Part shown: one piece after another, positions 49,787-63,842 of the stretch
Layout: each line of letters opens with the position of its first letter
Numbering within the stretch: the first letter of the stretch is position 1
Source: Eledone cirrhosa
Taxonomy: Eukaryota
Assembly: GCA_964016885.1 (NCBI GenBank)
Contig: OZ024758.1
Coordinates: 310,001 to 374,000, forward strand
Reading direction: 5' to 3'
Length of the DNA stretch: 64,000 nt
The notes under the pieces: model-generated
The model's database searches: none
Told to the model about the DNA's origin: nothing
What the model saw: the letters and a program-made list of their open reading frames with translations, nothing else
Position numbers and translations under genes: made by a program

Positions 49787-52700
49787 ACAGTCAACGCGAT
49801 CAGTCGCGTGGGAGACTATTTATTAAATTTAAGATGAATACTATCTCCGACAGTAATGCCAAAACTACAGCCATATTGAATAACTGGTTATTCTTCTAAC
49901 TATATCTTCTGAAGACAGCTTTTATTCGAATTCGTAGAGATATCCGACTAAATACATAATTCATTTTACAAGGATTTGCTACAAACAGCATGGCTGAACA
50001 CAACATCAACAACAAAATTAAGGAAGTATCGAAGACAAACAACGAGAAAGGTAAACAAACTTTATTCAGTTGTAGCTACAGAAGAAACCGAAATTATAAA
50101 TCGCATTTCTCTTGGAGTTGCGAACTTAATGATGATTTATTTAATTGTTATAAAATGGCAAAAAACAATCCCTCCATTGGCTATATGAACAGAATGAAAC
50201 TACACTGGGACGAAATGTACCCAGAGCTAAATTATTTTACAGCGAAACAATTACGCCAACAAGCGACGTTTGTTGAGCGTAAAAATAAGATAAATATTAT
50301 TAATTGTAAGTCTGTAACAACAAACATGGGATCAACAACGCGTGCTACAGGTCGCCATGCTACTAGACTTCCTAGCAGCGAGGTCGAACAATGCCTTGAG
50401 ACAACTATGCCTGTAAGAAACTTGACACCACCTGTACCGTCTAAGTCTACTTCGACTGTTGAGGAAAATACTATCGATAATGATAATAATCAAAAGTATA
50501 AACAATTGAAAATTTCCCTCAACGAAATCTTCCAGAGAGAAATTAATTCATGTATAAATATCTCTCTTGCTGAACGTATTAAAACGACAATATTTAATAA
50601 AAAAAAACAAATAATGAAATATTACGTGTTATTGACGAAATAGGGAATGAATATTTATGACGGATAAAAACCCCAACATTTTGGAAAATCAACGCCTGTT
50701 TATATGCCTTAGCAACCGACAGTGAAGCATTATCTTGGTGATAGCAGAGATATTAACAAGAACAAAACACCACCAAAAATACCATCATATATAACTAAAA
50801 TAGAAAAAAAGATTGCTGATCTACGAAAAACCATAGGATATGTGACAATGCTCCTTACATGCAAACAAACACAAAAAAACCTCACTTCTCACCAACAAAG
50901 AGTGAAAAATAAAATAGAGACGATGTTTGGTAACAGTAGAAGCAGAACTCTTCAATATAAGCAGATCACCCTCAAACAAGAATTGAGAGCTGTTAGCGAA
51001 AAACGCCGATACCTGAAGAAGGTAGATGAGAGAAAAGTGCTTAGTAAAAGATTCAGACGAAACCAAACATCAGTCTATAGAGATATGAAGAACAAAATAA
51101 TAAGTGTCACTAAGGCCCCATCCCAGAAAGACATAGGTTCCTTTTGGAGCAAAATATGGGGTGAAAAGAAGAATTTCAACCAAGATGCAGTGTGGCTAAA
51201 AGAAATCCGAAAGAACTATTGCTCCTACACTACAACAAAAACATACGAAATAAGTGAGGGTACCCTTGAGACTGTGATAGGAAAACTCCAAGATAAGAAA
51301 ACACCAGGAAGAGACATGATTGTCGGCTACTGGTACAAAAAACTGATATTCTATCGGAGGTATCTTACTGACCTCTACCAACAAGTTCTTAAGGGAGATA
51401 CACTTATACCAGAATGGTTGACATTAGCACAAACATTACTGGTCCCCAAGAACAAAGACACCCACTTGGCAAAAAAATACCGACCCATTGCATGTCAGAA
51501 CCTGATGTATAAGATGTATACAGCCTGCCTGAACCCATTCCTCCAAGATCACTGTGAAAATAATAACATCATCACAGATGAACAAGCAACTGGAAAGAAA
51601 GGGGTTTGGGGATGTGCTAAACAACTCCTAATCAACAAAACTGCGATGTCGGAGGTGCGACAACTTAGGAGGAATATGGCTACAGTCTGGCTGGACTACA
51701 GGAAAGCTTTCGATTCTGTTCCCCACTCTTGGATGATAGAGGCTCTCCAACTTGCTAAAGTCCCAGACATTATTATCAGAGCCATAGAGAAGCTGTCTTC
51801 TTCTTGGTCTACTATCCTAAGGTTAAAGACAGAGAGGGAGGACTCTATTTTCACTGATAAAATAAAATATTGCAGGGGTATATTTCAGGGAGACAGTCTC
51901 TCTGTGATATTATTCATCCTGTCATTAAACCCCTTGTCCTTTCTGCTCAAGAAATGTGAAGGATACATCATTGGCTCACAGGGGGACAGAAATACGAACC
52001 TAACCCATATTTTCTTTGTGGATGATCTAAAACTCTATGCCAAGAACATGGATGGGATGATGAAATATCTTGACCTGGTTACAACGTTCTCAAAGGATAT
52101 AGGAATGGAGTTTGGCCAAGATAAATGCTCATATATGACTGTAAAGCGGGGAAAAACAACAACCCAATCTAGCAACATTGTCATCAATGGCCTAACTGTT
52201 TCACCGATATCTGATGAGGACTGCTACAGATACCTGGGGATAGATGAGAACATATCCTATAATGGTATCTGTAATAAGGAACGCGTAACTAAGGAATACT
52301 ACACCCGATTAAGAAAGATTTGGTCATCGGAACTCTCTGCGCAAAACAAAACCGTGGCTCACAATGTGTTTGCTGTGCGTGTCCTAACACTAACGTTTGG
52401 AATACTCAATTGGACGATAGACGAAATCCGAGCAGTTGATGTTGGAACTCGAAAAATACTAAACAACACCGGAAACTTCCACATCAACAGTGACATAAAC
52501 CGCCTTTCCTTGAAATTTAAGCAGGTAGGCAGAAGCCTAACATCAGTCCAGACAGCATTTGAATGTCGTATCATATCCCTCCGACAACATCTACGAACCT
52601 CGAAGCATAGGAGCCCGTCTCTCGAGCAAGTCTATCTGCATGAAACAGATAAGATCATGAGAGTTGGGAAGGAACTCCTCGAGAGATATTCCCTGTGTGA

Positions 52701-53822
52701 TAATAAAAAACTCACACCCTGGAAAGTCGCTCAGCAGTATCGCAGTGAACCCATGGATGAAAAACTGCATGCTTATCAGCAAAAAATCATGCATGGATAT
52801 GTTGCCTGGAAGCTCCAGAGTGAGAGTAATATAGATAAGGAAAGTAGTGTATCTTGGACCAACAACCGCTACATTGGCTCCCACTTTGAAGGATACGCTT
52901 TTGCAATCCAAGAACAGGAAATTAACACGAAATACCTGATTCACAAAAGAGATAGGGATGCAGGCAAAACACCTAGATGTGATAACAAGTGCAGACTCTG
53001 CAGAACTAACATTGAAGATATCACCCATGTCATCAGCAGCTGTCCAAAGATGTCATCGCGGTACGATCTACTATGAGGCATGATGTAGTGGCCAAAACAT
53101 TGTACAATGCAATCCGTAAAAAAGATAGCCCCGATAATAAACACATTAAAAGCTACAGTAATGTGGAAGACATCCATGTACATAATATGAAAGAGTACTG
53201 GTGGAATGTTCCAGTAAAAACCCCAATAAAATGCAGGCATAACAGACCAAATATTATGATATGGGATATGGATAAGAAAGCATGCACAGTAGTGGAAATT
53301 AGCTGCCCAGCAGATGCCAATATAATATCAAAGATTAGTGAAAAGGAGAATATTTATGCAGAACTGATGAGAAATCTGCAGATACTCCACCCGGATTACA
53401 CCTTCAGATTTATGCCCGTGATTATTGGGGCACTGGGGTATGTTAGTAACTGCCTCAATACAAATCTTGAGAAGCTAGGCTTCACAGGAACAGAAAGAAC
53501 ACAACTAGTTAGGAAATTACAAGTACAATCCATTAATGGAACAGTAAAAATATGTAAAAAATTCCATGAATTCTGCATCTAATAACTGCATATACACATG
53601 TACAAATACAAAGCATATACACATGCACGCATACAACTCAAAACATCCACATCCACACATACAATAACATCAATATCTATACATGCATTCATGCTGACAT
53701 AATCTACCTAGTTGCTGTTGTGTAAATTCCAATGAGAGAGTCTTGTGTCTAAGTTAGAAACCGACTCTCTCTCTATTGGGAAAAAATTGGGAAAAAATTT
53801 GTGAAATTATAAAACCAGAAGA
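49787..53822 (+). mobile_element. Near full-length R4/Dong-clade RLE non-LTR retrotransposon
   Basis: RT, CCHC and RLE ORF segments, flanked by ACATACATAC at 49777-49786 and 53823-53832. Confidence 0.85.
49990..53582 (+). pseudogene. Disrupted R4/Dong polyprotein (ORFs 49990-50643, 50722-53076, 53073-53582)
   Basis: KYRPIAC, WLDYRKAFDSVPHSW, GIFQGDSLS, FFVDDLKLY, YRYLG; CRLC....EDITHVISSC; RHD..HNRPNI.IWD..VVEISCP..KENIY..PVIIGALG. Frameshifts and a stop lie near 50600-50720 and at 53073. Confidence 0.88.
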
Positions 53823-55317
53823 ACATACATACGTGTACTTATAAATATTCTTTCCGCATTCGAAAACAGAATACAAACAGAAAACCTTTTTAGATCGCAA
53901 CGGACTCATGAAACAAAAACAAATACTAGTTCTTTCGGGGAAGAAATATTTCTACACTGGCGCCATCTGTAACATCTATTCGCCATTTATTAGATCAATC
54001 AACGCGGGAAAAGAAAAAAAAATCAAAAGAAAAAATATAAATAAATATAAAAAACAACAATTTAATGAGCATAACACCGCCGGTAGTATACTAGAAACAG
54101 TGGGAGTAGTTTTGCCTTACACGGGTAGGCAATTGTCATGATGTGGGCGGAAACGATAACAAAAATTGTTAAGGCAAGGCTTCCAAGATTCTTTATCTTT
54201 ACTTACATCGCACTAATATTGTAGATGGCAGTACTTGACTGTTAAACTAGCAGAAAATCTTGTTTGGTTAATAGAAGATATATTTTACCTATAGCTGTTG
54301 ACGTCTTGACGAATATTTTCACCAAAATATATATGTATGTATGTTTGTATATATGTATGTACTCGTATATATATATATATATATATTTATGTATATAAAT
54401 GGCAAATATAAACCTTTGGTTGATCAAGCAATCGACCGTCTATAGTGTAAACAGACGTAAGCACTCAACGACGTGGGTATCTTAAGGTATTACCTATAGG
54501 GCATCAGACGGACTGTCAATATTTCTGACAACACATCAAATGATTGCCAAATGTATTGTATATGCCTCTGAGAGGAAATAGATACTACATAGTATTTAGT
54601 TTAGTCTGTTTACACATTCTGTGGTCAGATACCGGCAAAGATGACTTCATGGCACTTTTATAGGAAAGTACTATCAAATAAAAATTAGTAGTATAATGGG
54701 ATTCATTTACTCGTCTATACTTGACGACTGGCAAAATAGAATTTTGGAATATGTTTTAACATAGAAATCAACGATTGTAGCTGCTCCAATCCTTTCACAT
54801 TGACTAAATAAAACATTAAATGAAAAAAAAAATGAAACAGACCTATGAGACACTAAGAAAAAAATAAGTAGAAAAGAATATCATTATTTTTTGGAACGAT
54901 CCAACTCAGAGAATCAATTGGAAAAATCAGGGATAGGTTAGTAATACAATTATAAACAGCACAAAGTCCTCGATGGTTGTATGAGCTAAGCGTTGCTAAT
55001 ATGTCAGATGAGTGTGAAGAGAGCTGTGGTAGGTAGTTAGTTCGTGTAACTGTTAAATCAACCGAGCGACAGACAGACCTACAGACTAACTGATCGACTG
55101 AATGATGGAATAGGTGGGATGGTGTAAAAGACTTGAGGGAGACAGGAAATTAAAATAATCAACATAAGGAAAAATGCACTACGTACGAAGAGACGAAATA
55201 GCAAATTTTTATGAACGATAACATTGTGTACAACTTTAGTGAGATTTAGGAGATTGCATATTGGTTAGGAGTATAGAAAAATATTAAGAGTATATTAGTA
55301 AAGAGCAGAGGCTCATA

Positions 55318-55412
<95 letters not shown>

Positions 55413-55569
55413 CATCAGATTAGAGCAAACATCACGAGCGCTCTATCTCAAAATTATTTTTGAAAAGCATTAGAAGAAATGCGCGACCGGTGAAAACTTA
55501 AAACTAAAACTGAATACTAACCAATACTTTATTCCTAATTAAACTATTTTTCACTATTTTCATATATAT

Positions 55570-55613
<44 letters not shown>

Positions 55614-55698
55614 AAAAGGTAAACAGAAATAACAACACAAACGGTTCAGTATATGGAAGGCATATATTAGTTTAATACATAAAGTAGCAGGAAGAGGG

Positions 55699-55733
55699 TC
55701 TCAACGTTTCGGACGCTAGTTTTTCATCAGAAG
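55699..55733 (-). ncRNA. Degenerate Penelope-type minimal hammerhead ribozyme
   Basis: TCTGATGA-AAAACTAGCGTCC-GAAACGTTGAGA with a palindromic AACGTT stem III; stem II is damaged. Confidence 0.45.
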
Positions 55734-56069
55734 AAAGAATGAGAAATTAGAAAGATTGAGGGGACAGGCAGCGCAGAATCAGAAAAAAATATTTAGAGAA
55801 AAATAACAGGTCCATCCATGGGCGTGTATATATATAAAAAAATATAAATATAAATATATATATATATTTTATTTATTTATTTATTTATTTAGTTATGTAA
55901 TAAACAACATAAGATAATTATTTCATTTACCAGTGGTTTCTTGAAGGCAGATGTTATGTCTGTCTTTAGTCGTCAGAATGAATAAATAACATGCTGTTTT
56001 CATTAAATATGGATTTGAATACAAAATTTAGGAAATATGAAATATATATATATACATATATATAAAAAA

Positions 56070-56113
<44 letters not shown>

Positions 56114-56181
56114 TCATCATTTCATACAAGTAGGCCGAATTTGCTTGCAAACCGCCAGGGATTCGATTTTACTAAATTTCC

Positions 56182-56331
<150 letters not shown>

Positions 56332-56344
56332 ATATATATATATT

Positions 56345-56474
56345 TATATAATAAACAACACAATATAATTATTCCATTACCCAAGGTTTCACGAACTGGA
56401 CGTTTCTATTAGAATCGTCTAATTTCATGAAACCTTGGGAAATGGAATGATTATATTGTGTTGTTTATTATATA
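56345..56474. repeat. ~130-bp near-perfect palindrome adjoining (TA)n
   Basis: TATATAATAAACAACACAATATAAT.ATTCCATT.CCCAAGGTTTCA.GAA mirrored. Confidence 0.85.
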
Positions 56475-56557
56475 ATTAAATAGTTCTGTACTATACCTAC
56501 ACCACTCTTATTTCCTTTACCTTTGCTACTGAAATACATTACACAAACATATATTTA

Positions 56558-56615
<58 letters not shown>

Positions 56616-56747
56616 GTTATTCCGGGTTGAATCGGAGGTAACCACAGTAAGTAAGGTACTCAATACATAGCAGAGTATAACAGTTTTAATATAGATGAGA
56701 TTCTACAGGACTAGAACTGTTTCATTCATTAGAAATCATCAGGAATC

Positions 56748-56802
56748 TGAGATTCCTGATGATTTCTAATGAATGAAACAGTTCTAGTCCTGTAGAATCT
56801 CA
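56748..56802 (+). ncRNA. Type I hammerhead ribozyme-like motif within a 135-bp perfect palindrome (56682-56816)
   Basis: Stem I TGAGATTC/GAATCTCA, CTGATGA, stem II TTC-TAAT-GAA, GAAA, stem III ACAG/CTGT and a GUA cleavage triplet. Confidence 0.65.
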
Positions 56803-56812
56803 TCTATATTAA

Positions 56813-56850
<38 letters not shown>

Positions 56851-56887
56851 TATGTATATGTATGAAGGGGGAGAGTGATAGAAAGAA

Positions 56888-56956
<69 letters not shown>

Positions 56957-57539
56957 TGTGAATGCAACGATGCGATATTTACAGGGATTGTTTCAACGGT
57001 TTGTTCAACCATGAACTAAAACAGCCGCTGTGTTTATGTAACCACCGCTGTTAACTCTACTGTCTCTAGACTGGAAGTAAGGACTTACTTTCCATCCCAC
57101 TTACATTTTGTTTTCTTTTCTTTCTTTATACACACACACACACACACATACACATATATATACATCGCCTTCACTAGACACACACATACACACACATATA
57201 TATAACTAAGCTATATGTATATAGCTTAGTTATTTTTCCTTCATTTTAGGAATTCAATTTCGGTTGTTTTTCGTTTTATTTCTGCGTTTTTGACTTTTCT
57301 TTATCAATTATATTTTGTTTTTCTATTATTATATTCTTCTTGTTTAATGAGAGGTGACAGTAATTTGGGAGCGGATACGGCCGTGTTAAGGTTCAATTAA
57401 TGTTAACCTTGAGAAGCAATAAACTGTGAAATATGATCTTTATCATCATCATCGGCAAGCTCATCCATCATCATCATCGTTACTATTAACAACAATATAA
57501 CCACCAATATTTTCAATATTTTCATCAGCCTCCTTCACG

Positions 57540-57542
57540 TCG

Positions 57543-57574
<32 letters not shown>

Positions 57575-57692
57575 TTCAACAATATTATAACCACCACTAT
57601 TTTCAGTCTCCTCCTCCTCCTCCTCCTCCTCCTCCTCCTCCTCCTCCTCCTCCTCCTCCTCATCATCAGTAGCAGCAACATCATCATCATCA
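57540..57692. repeat. (CAT)n/(CCT)n trinucleotide repeats
   Basis: Directly visible. Confidence 0.9.
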
Positions 57693-58966
57693 ATTCCCAT
57701 TTTAGTTTAGAATTACCCTCCATCTCCTTAAAGTGGTGGTTATTGTTGTTATTGTTGCTATTGTTGCTATTGTTGCTAGTATTGATGATAATATAATAAT
57801 ATTATTAGAGGTTAATTTTGCCTTTCACCGTTATGGGGTCGATAAAATAAAGTACCAGTAATACACTGGGATAATTGCTGGTCTTGTGCCAAAAGTAGAA
57901 AAATTATTATTAGTGGCAAATAATACATATTACTATTATTGTTGATATTTTGTCATGATTGCTGTTGATGTTGCAACATCTTTTGCAGCATATAGGTACG
58001 TCTCTGTATATTCTGAGTTCAATTTCCACTGAGATTAGTTTACGGGGCCGATAAAATAAAGTACCGGTAACACACTGGGATCGATTTAATCGACTTTCCT
58101 CTTCCCCAAAGATTCATGGCCTTGTGCCTAGATCAGAAACTATTATTGTCGTTGTTATTCTCAGTTTAAGGTCTTAGCTGGGCCCGTTCTTAACATTTAG
58201 CTAGTTAGCTTGTTAGGAATGGAGTCGAGGTCACTAATTATTATTGGCGTATCGTTGACTCGTGTGGTGCACATTCTTGAGATTTCCAGCCGAAACTCCG
58301 AATAATTATCATTTTTCGGGCTTCCTTGCTAGCAATATTATGGCCACCAGGGATGACGGCACCTTTAATGAGCATCTTTGCATCCCTGTCTCAGCCAAAA
58401 TATCCGGTTGACTATCAAAAACTCACAAGAATTTTGCAAATTTATTTTCTAACTTTTTGCCAGCTACATGCCAGTAACATATTTAGTCTACCTCGAAATC
58501 TTACATTTTGTTTTTCTCAAGCAGCACTGTAAACACGTTACCCTGATGCTTTTTTAGTCTTTCTGTGCAAGTATTTCACAGGCACTTACCTTTGGGACAC
58601 AGTCTCTAAATACTTAGTACAGTGCCTATATTTGTCAGATTTTTTTCCTGTTTTTATGTGTCTTTTTTCATGGAGTTTGTGTTAAGAGCTGTGATCTAAG
58701 CTGCAATCATTCGACCTTCAGTCGCATGCTTCTTGAGAATTCCATGACTGTTCAGCTTTTAGGATCCGTTCTAATGATTTAGGTTCATTGGCAACTCTTT
58801 GTTAGTACCTCTCGTCATCCAGCCCTCCATTGTGGGATCAGTATTCTGTAAGTATTTTAGAGTTTGGTTGAGTCATGTTTTATTACTTATTTTATTCATT
58901 TCATGTGTTTGTTCTATCTTCCTGGTTTCAATCTCAATATATCTGTTTCATATGTTTTTGTTTGAT

Positions 58967-59163
58967 ATACGAGAGTCGACTATAAAGTTTATATGCTGAC
59001 TATAAAGGAGTTATGCTAGAGCTGTGAAATATTGCATTAATTTCAACTCTTCTTATTAATAACTGCATTATTTATTTCTAGGGATTATGTTGAAACATAA
59101 ACCTCGTTTGGTCATTCCATGAGAGTATCTTGGCCAGTCTATGAACCTTCTTGTCGACCTTCG
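58967..59163. mobile_element. Mariner-type MITE
   Basis: Same family as 49442-49653. Confidence 0.7.
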
Positions 59164-59589
59164 CAAGAGCTTTCTTTTAAATGTTCTATTTCAATTTCTG
59201 ATAAGGTTTTCACATTTTTAAATGTATCTTCTTAGGTTGCGAGTTTATTTTCCTTTCAATTGTTTTTATGAATATATTGTCGCATTTTCGTTTGGGTGCA
59301 GAATGTTGCCGTAAAACATGCATATAGAATCGAAAAATATTTCTCTCGTCTTCATTTTTGTCTTTTCTCTTTTATTTGCAAAAATCACATAGTAAAACCC
59401 AAATCTGTATTTAGATCAATCTCGTCGAATACTGATTTATTTGTTTTTAATTTTGAGGAGTTTTGTATACGAGAATTGTCGTACCTTTTTACATCAAATT
59501 CAAAGACCGCATTTCTATATTACTATTAGCCTTTTAGTTACATTTTCGTTCTTTAGGAGCTTGACACCTTCCTCCCTAACATAACACGT

Positions 59590-59595
59590 TGCAGC

Positions 59596-59629
<34 letters not shown>

Positions 59630-59790
59630 GCAGCATCAACAGCAGCTGTTGTAGTAGTAGTAGAAGTAACAACAGCAGCAGCAGTAGTTGTATTAGGAGT
59701 AGTAGTTGTAGTAGTAGTAGTAGCAGTAGTAGTTGTAGTAGAAATAGCAGCAGATGTAGCAGCAGCAGCAGTAGTAGTAGTAGTAGTTCT
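59590..59790. repeat. (CAG)n/(TAG)n compound repeat
   Basis: Directly visible. Confidence 0.9.
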
Positions 59791-62051
59791 TGTCGTTACT
59801 GCTGCTGAAGATAACGTTTTATGGATGTTATTGTTGTTATTGTTGTTTATTTTCAGCTGAGGGCATTAAGGACAAAATATTTCTACACAGAACACTTTCA
59901 CCATTCCTCAAATATCTCTGACAATCTAATATCATTTCTATACTATTTCTATCTTTTCTCCGCTGCTTATGGCTTTAGCTTTGGCTTTCCATTTACATCT
60001 CTTAAACACTTGCTATCTTTATCGTCTATCCACCACATTCTTCTTCTTCTTCTTCTTCTGATTTCAGTTACCACTGTGATCGTCTTTGTATTTTATCTCT
60101 CGTCCGTAGGTTCCTCAAAATAAACACAGGCCAGATACACTACTGGCGTTAGTATAACCAAATAGTCCTACAGCTCAAATTATAGCCTTATTTCTATGAA
60201 AGTCACCAAGGTTACCTTTCATCCCTTCGAGATCGATAAATATAATACCAGTTAAATACTGAAATCGAGTCGATATAATTGACGTATCCCTCTTTCAAAA
60301 TTATTGGCCTTGGGCTAATTATTATTATTATTTGGCGGTGGATTGGCAGTATCAGAAGAGCGCCGGACACCCTGCTTCATGGCATAGAGTTACGGTCTTT
60401 TACTAACCACCGAGGTTAGCTTTGCCTTTCGTCCTTACGGGGTGGATAAAATAAAGTACCACTAATGCAATGGAGTTGATTTAATCGACTTTTCCCTCTC
60501 TCAAAGTTGTTAGCCTTATGCCTCGTTATTAAATTAGTAAGTATTGTTAGGAATATCTATTTGCACGTGATAGTATATCCGATAGTGATAGTATATCCGA
60601 TTAACTATTTCCGATACTATCTGTTCCTAGTTCAAATAATAGTTTCTGATATAGGCACAAGGCCAAGGGTGGGAGGGGAAAGTCGATTAAATTAGAGAGG
60701 GTGGGGGGAGAGAGTAAGCTGGAAGGATGTTCCAGAATTATTCGGTTTATTTGAGGTAAAGTGGTGCATGGCATGTAATGCATGCCAAAGTCTGCAGACG
60801 AGGATGACACTATGTGAGATGTAGGATGAACCGGAAGGGGTGGTGCAGCAGCCTGTAGCCTGACTGACGCGTAGGATAAACTTGTGGTAAATATTAACTG
60901 ATAACACACCACAATTTACATTGCAACCGCAGCAGAAAATAAGCAACAGAGAATGTAATGATGTAATGAAAGGAAATTATTTTTTAATGACTGAACACAG
61001 CTTATTGCTATAATAATATTTTAGTTACTGCACACGTATTGTAGAATAGTTATGAACTTTACTTTGCAATCATGAGGATCTGATTTTAGGCCTACAGTAA
61101 ACACTTTGAGCAAATGTCTTTTACCATAGTCGTGGGTTGACAGAAGGCTCGTGAATGACATTCGATAAATGGAAAATGTTGTAGCCTGTCGGTTGGACTA
61201 TAACTGTTTAATCTTACTCTCTGAATCAGAATAATATTTGTCATACAGTGTGTTGCGTTAATTCGGTCTGAGGATTTCAGTAGGGTTATAAGTTTCCTGA
61301 TTGTGGTACACAATGAACTACAGAAATTGAAAGCAAAACTTAGAGATACGGAACAAAATATAATAAAGGTTTTTATTTAATCCGGCATTCTTCAGGTTGT
61401 GTTGGACATATGGAATAAAGAGAAACAGTGTATTAGGGAAATATGTGGTAGGTGTATGTTGAAAGGTGTATATTGAACTCTGATATATACAACTGTCGTG
61501 AAATATATTTCTATTCTATGACCCGTAATTCCTGAGGAGGTCGCGGGGGCACTGTGGTGACATACGCTGTTTCTTGGGCATTTTAAACATGACGGAGCCC
61601 ATCTCCTTTTCAGGTCTGGACATGGCCGATTTCTTCTAAAGGAGAGAGTGTGTGATAGACGGGAATTGAGAAGAAAATATAAAGGGAGAATCGACAGCAG
61701 TATAGGTCAAATGTCATTTTATCATTTTTAAACGTCGGTTTTGGCTGCTATCTCTTGTAGGATAGCTGACCACAGCTCGGGGCTTTTAGTGTGTTTGTGT
61801 CGGAGGTGTTTTTATATTTTTACTAATAAGTGAATGTTGTGATATAATGATATATGTAAACAAAGCTGCTATACTCACCACCCCCGCTAAATGCAAAGAC
61901 AAATGAAAACAGAAAAAACGAAAAGTCTGGGGCTTTATTTACAATAACTTGAGTCATTGGAGAGGGTTGTAAATGTTGAGGCTAAACGATACTTTTATGG
62001 AAATATCTAAGGTAAACATTGAGAAATTTGATATAAATAGTTACTGCCTAA

Positions 62052-62126
<75 letters not shown>

Positions 62127-62160
62127 GTGTGTGTAGGGGGACTGGCGTATATATATGTGC

Positions 62161-62197
<37 letters not shown>

Positions 62198-62786
62198 TGT
62201 ATGTGTACGTGCGTATCTCTGTCTATATATAAGTATGTGTGTGTATGTATGTATATATATATATGTGTGTGCGTGTATGTATATATATATATGTATGTGT
62301 GTGTGTATGTATATATATATGTCTGTGTGTGAAAACGATAGTACGTATATTACTGAGGTCGACTGAGTATAGTTTACAAACTGTTATTGCAAAGAATATA
62401 CAAATAAACAACACAAATGAGATGGAGGTGGGTGGGTATGTGAGGTGGTGGAGATGTTTTTGTGGTAGAGAAAAAAAATGAAAAAGAAAACGAAAGAATT
62501 TTGTTTAACAAAAGCTTAGTGCTGTGACGTAAGGCAGCAAGTACAATTTCTCTTAGAACGGAAGTCTGTGATGAATGTTTCAACCTGGGCATGCCACTAG
62601 TGCATGTTTGAGGTGATGATGGTCGTATCCTTTTTCCTTACTGGCTGTTAACAGGTGACAAGTTCCTTATCTGATGTGCCATCATCACTCCTTACTTGAC
62701 ATTCCTCTTTCTAAAGCTGAACGAAGGAGACGATCTTGGATACATTGCTATTTCGTACAGCCTCTATTCACTGAATTCATCTACAA

Positions 62787-63112
62787 CAGAGGTTCTCATA
62801 TTGAGCGCTATCGCTCCCCGTGGGGCAGGGGGGGGGGTGAGAAGGGCCAGGGGTGGTAGAGATGATGTAATAATATATTAAATATCAAATGATACGTATT
62901 ATATTATATAGAAATAGAGTAAAATAAAAAAAATATATTATTTATTTATACATAGTATATATTATATAAATTATTATATATAAATTAACGATTTTATTTC
63001 TTATTTACATTTTGCGTGTAGGTTGGTCTCTCGGGAAATATGGGTGGGGGCGCTGAGATTATTACGTGGCCGTGAGGGGGGTGGGGTGGCACGACAAATT
63101 TGAGAACCTCTG
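62787..63112. mobile_element. hAT (Charlie-like) MITE
   Basis: TIRs CAGAGGTTCTCA/TGAGAACCTCTG and 8-bp TSD ATCTACAA/ATTTACAA. Confidence 0.85.
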
Positions 63113-63129
63113 ATTTACAACATTCCTAA

Positions 63130-63842
63130 ACCAACATTGACTTTACTGTCATTCTCACACACACCAACATTGACTTTACTGTCATTCTCACACACACACC
63201 AGCGTTGACTTTACTGTTATTCTCACACACACCAACATTGACTTTACTGTCATTCTCACACACACACCAGCGTTGACTTTACTGTCATTCTCACACACAC
63301 CAACATTGACTTTACTGTCATTCTCACACACACACCACCGTTGACTTTACTGTTATTCTCACACACACCAACACTGACTTTACTGTCATTCTCACACACA
63401 CACACCAGCGTTGACTTTACTGTCATTCTCACACACACCAACATTGACTTTACTGTCATTCTCTCACACACCACCGTTGACTTTACTGTCATTCTCTCAC
63501 ACACCACCGTTGACTTTACTGTCATTCTCACACACACCAACATTGACTTTACTGTCATTCTCTCACACACCACCGTTGACTTTACTGTTATTCACACACA
63601 CCACCGTTGACTTTACTGTCATTCTCACTGACACCAACATTGACTTTGCTGTCATTCTCTCACACACACCACCGTTGACTTTACTGTCATTCTCTCACAC
63701 ACACCACTGTTGACTTTACTGTCATTCTCACTGACACCAACATTGACTTTGCTGTCATTCTCTCACACACACCACCGTTGACTTTACTGTCATTCTCACA
63801 CACACACCACCGTTGACTTTACTGTCATTCTCACTGACACCA
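63130..63842. repeat. 31-37-bp minisatellite, ~21 copies
   Basis: Unit ACCA(ACA/GCG/CCG)TTGACTTTACTGTCATTCT(CA)n. Confidence 0.95.

Noticed and set aside
57461-57723. Poly-Asp/Glu ORF
   Set aside because: Trinucleotide repeat with no splice signals or homology.
63130-63842. CRISPR-like regular repeat
   Set aside because: No unique spacers, no cas genes, and a eukaryotic context.
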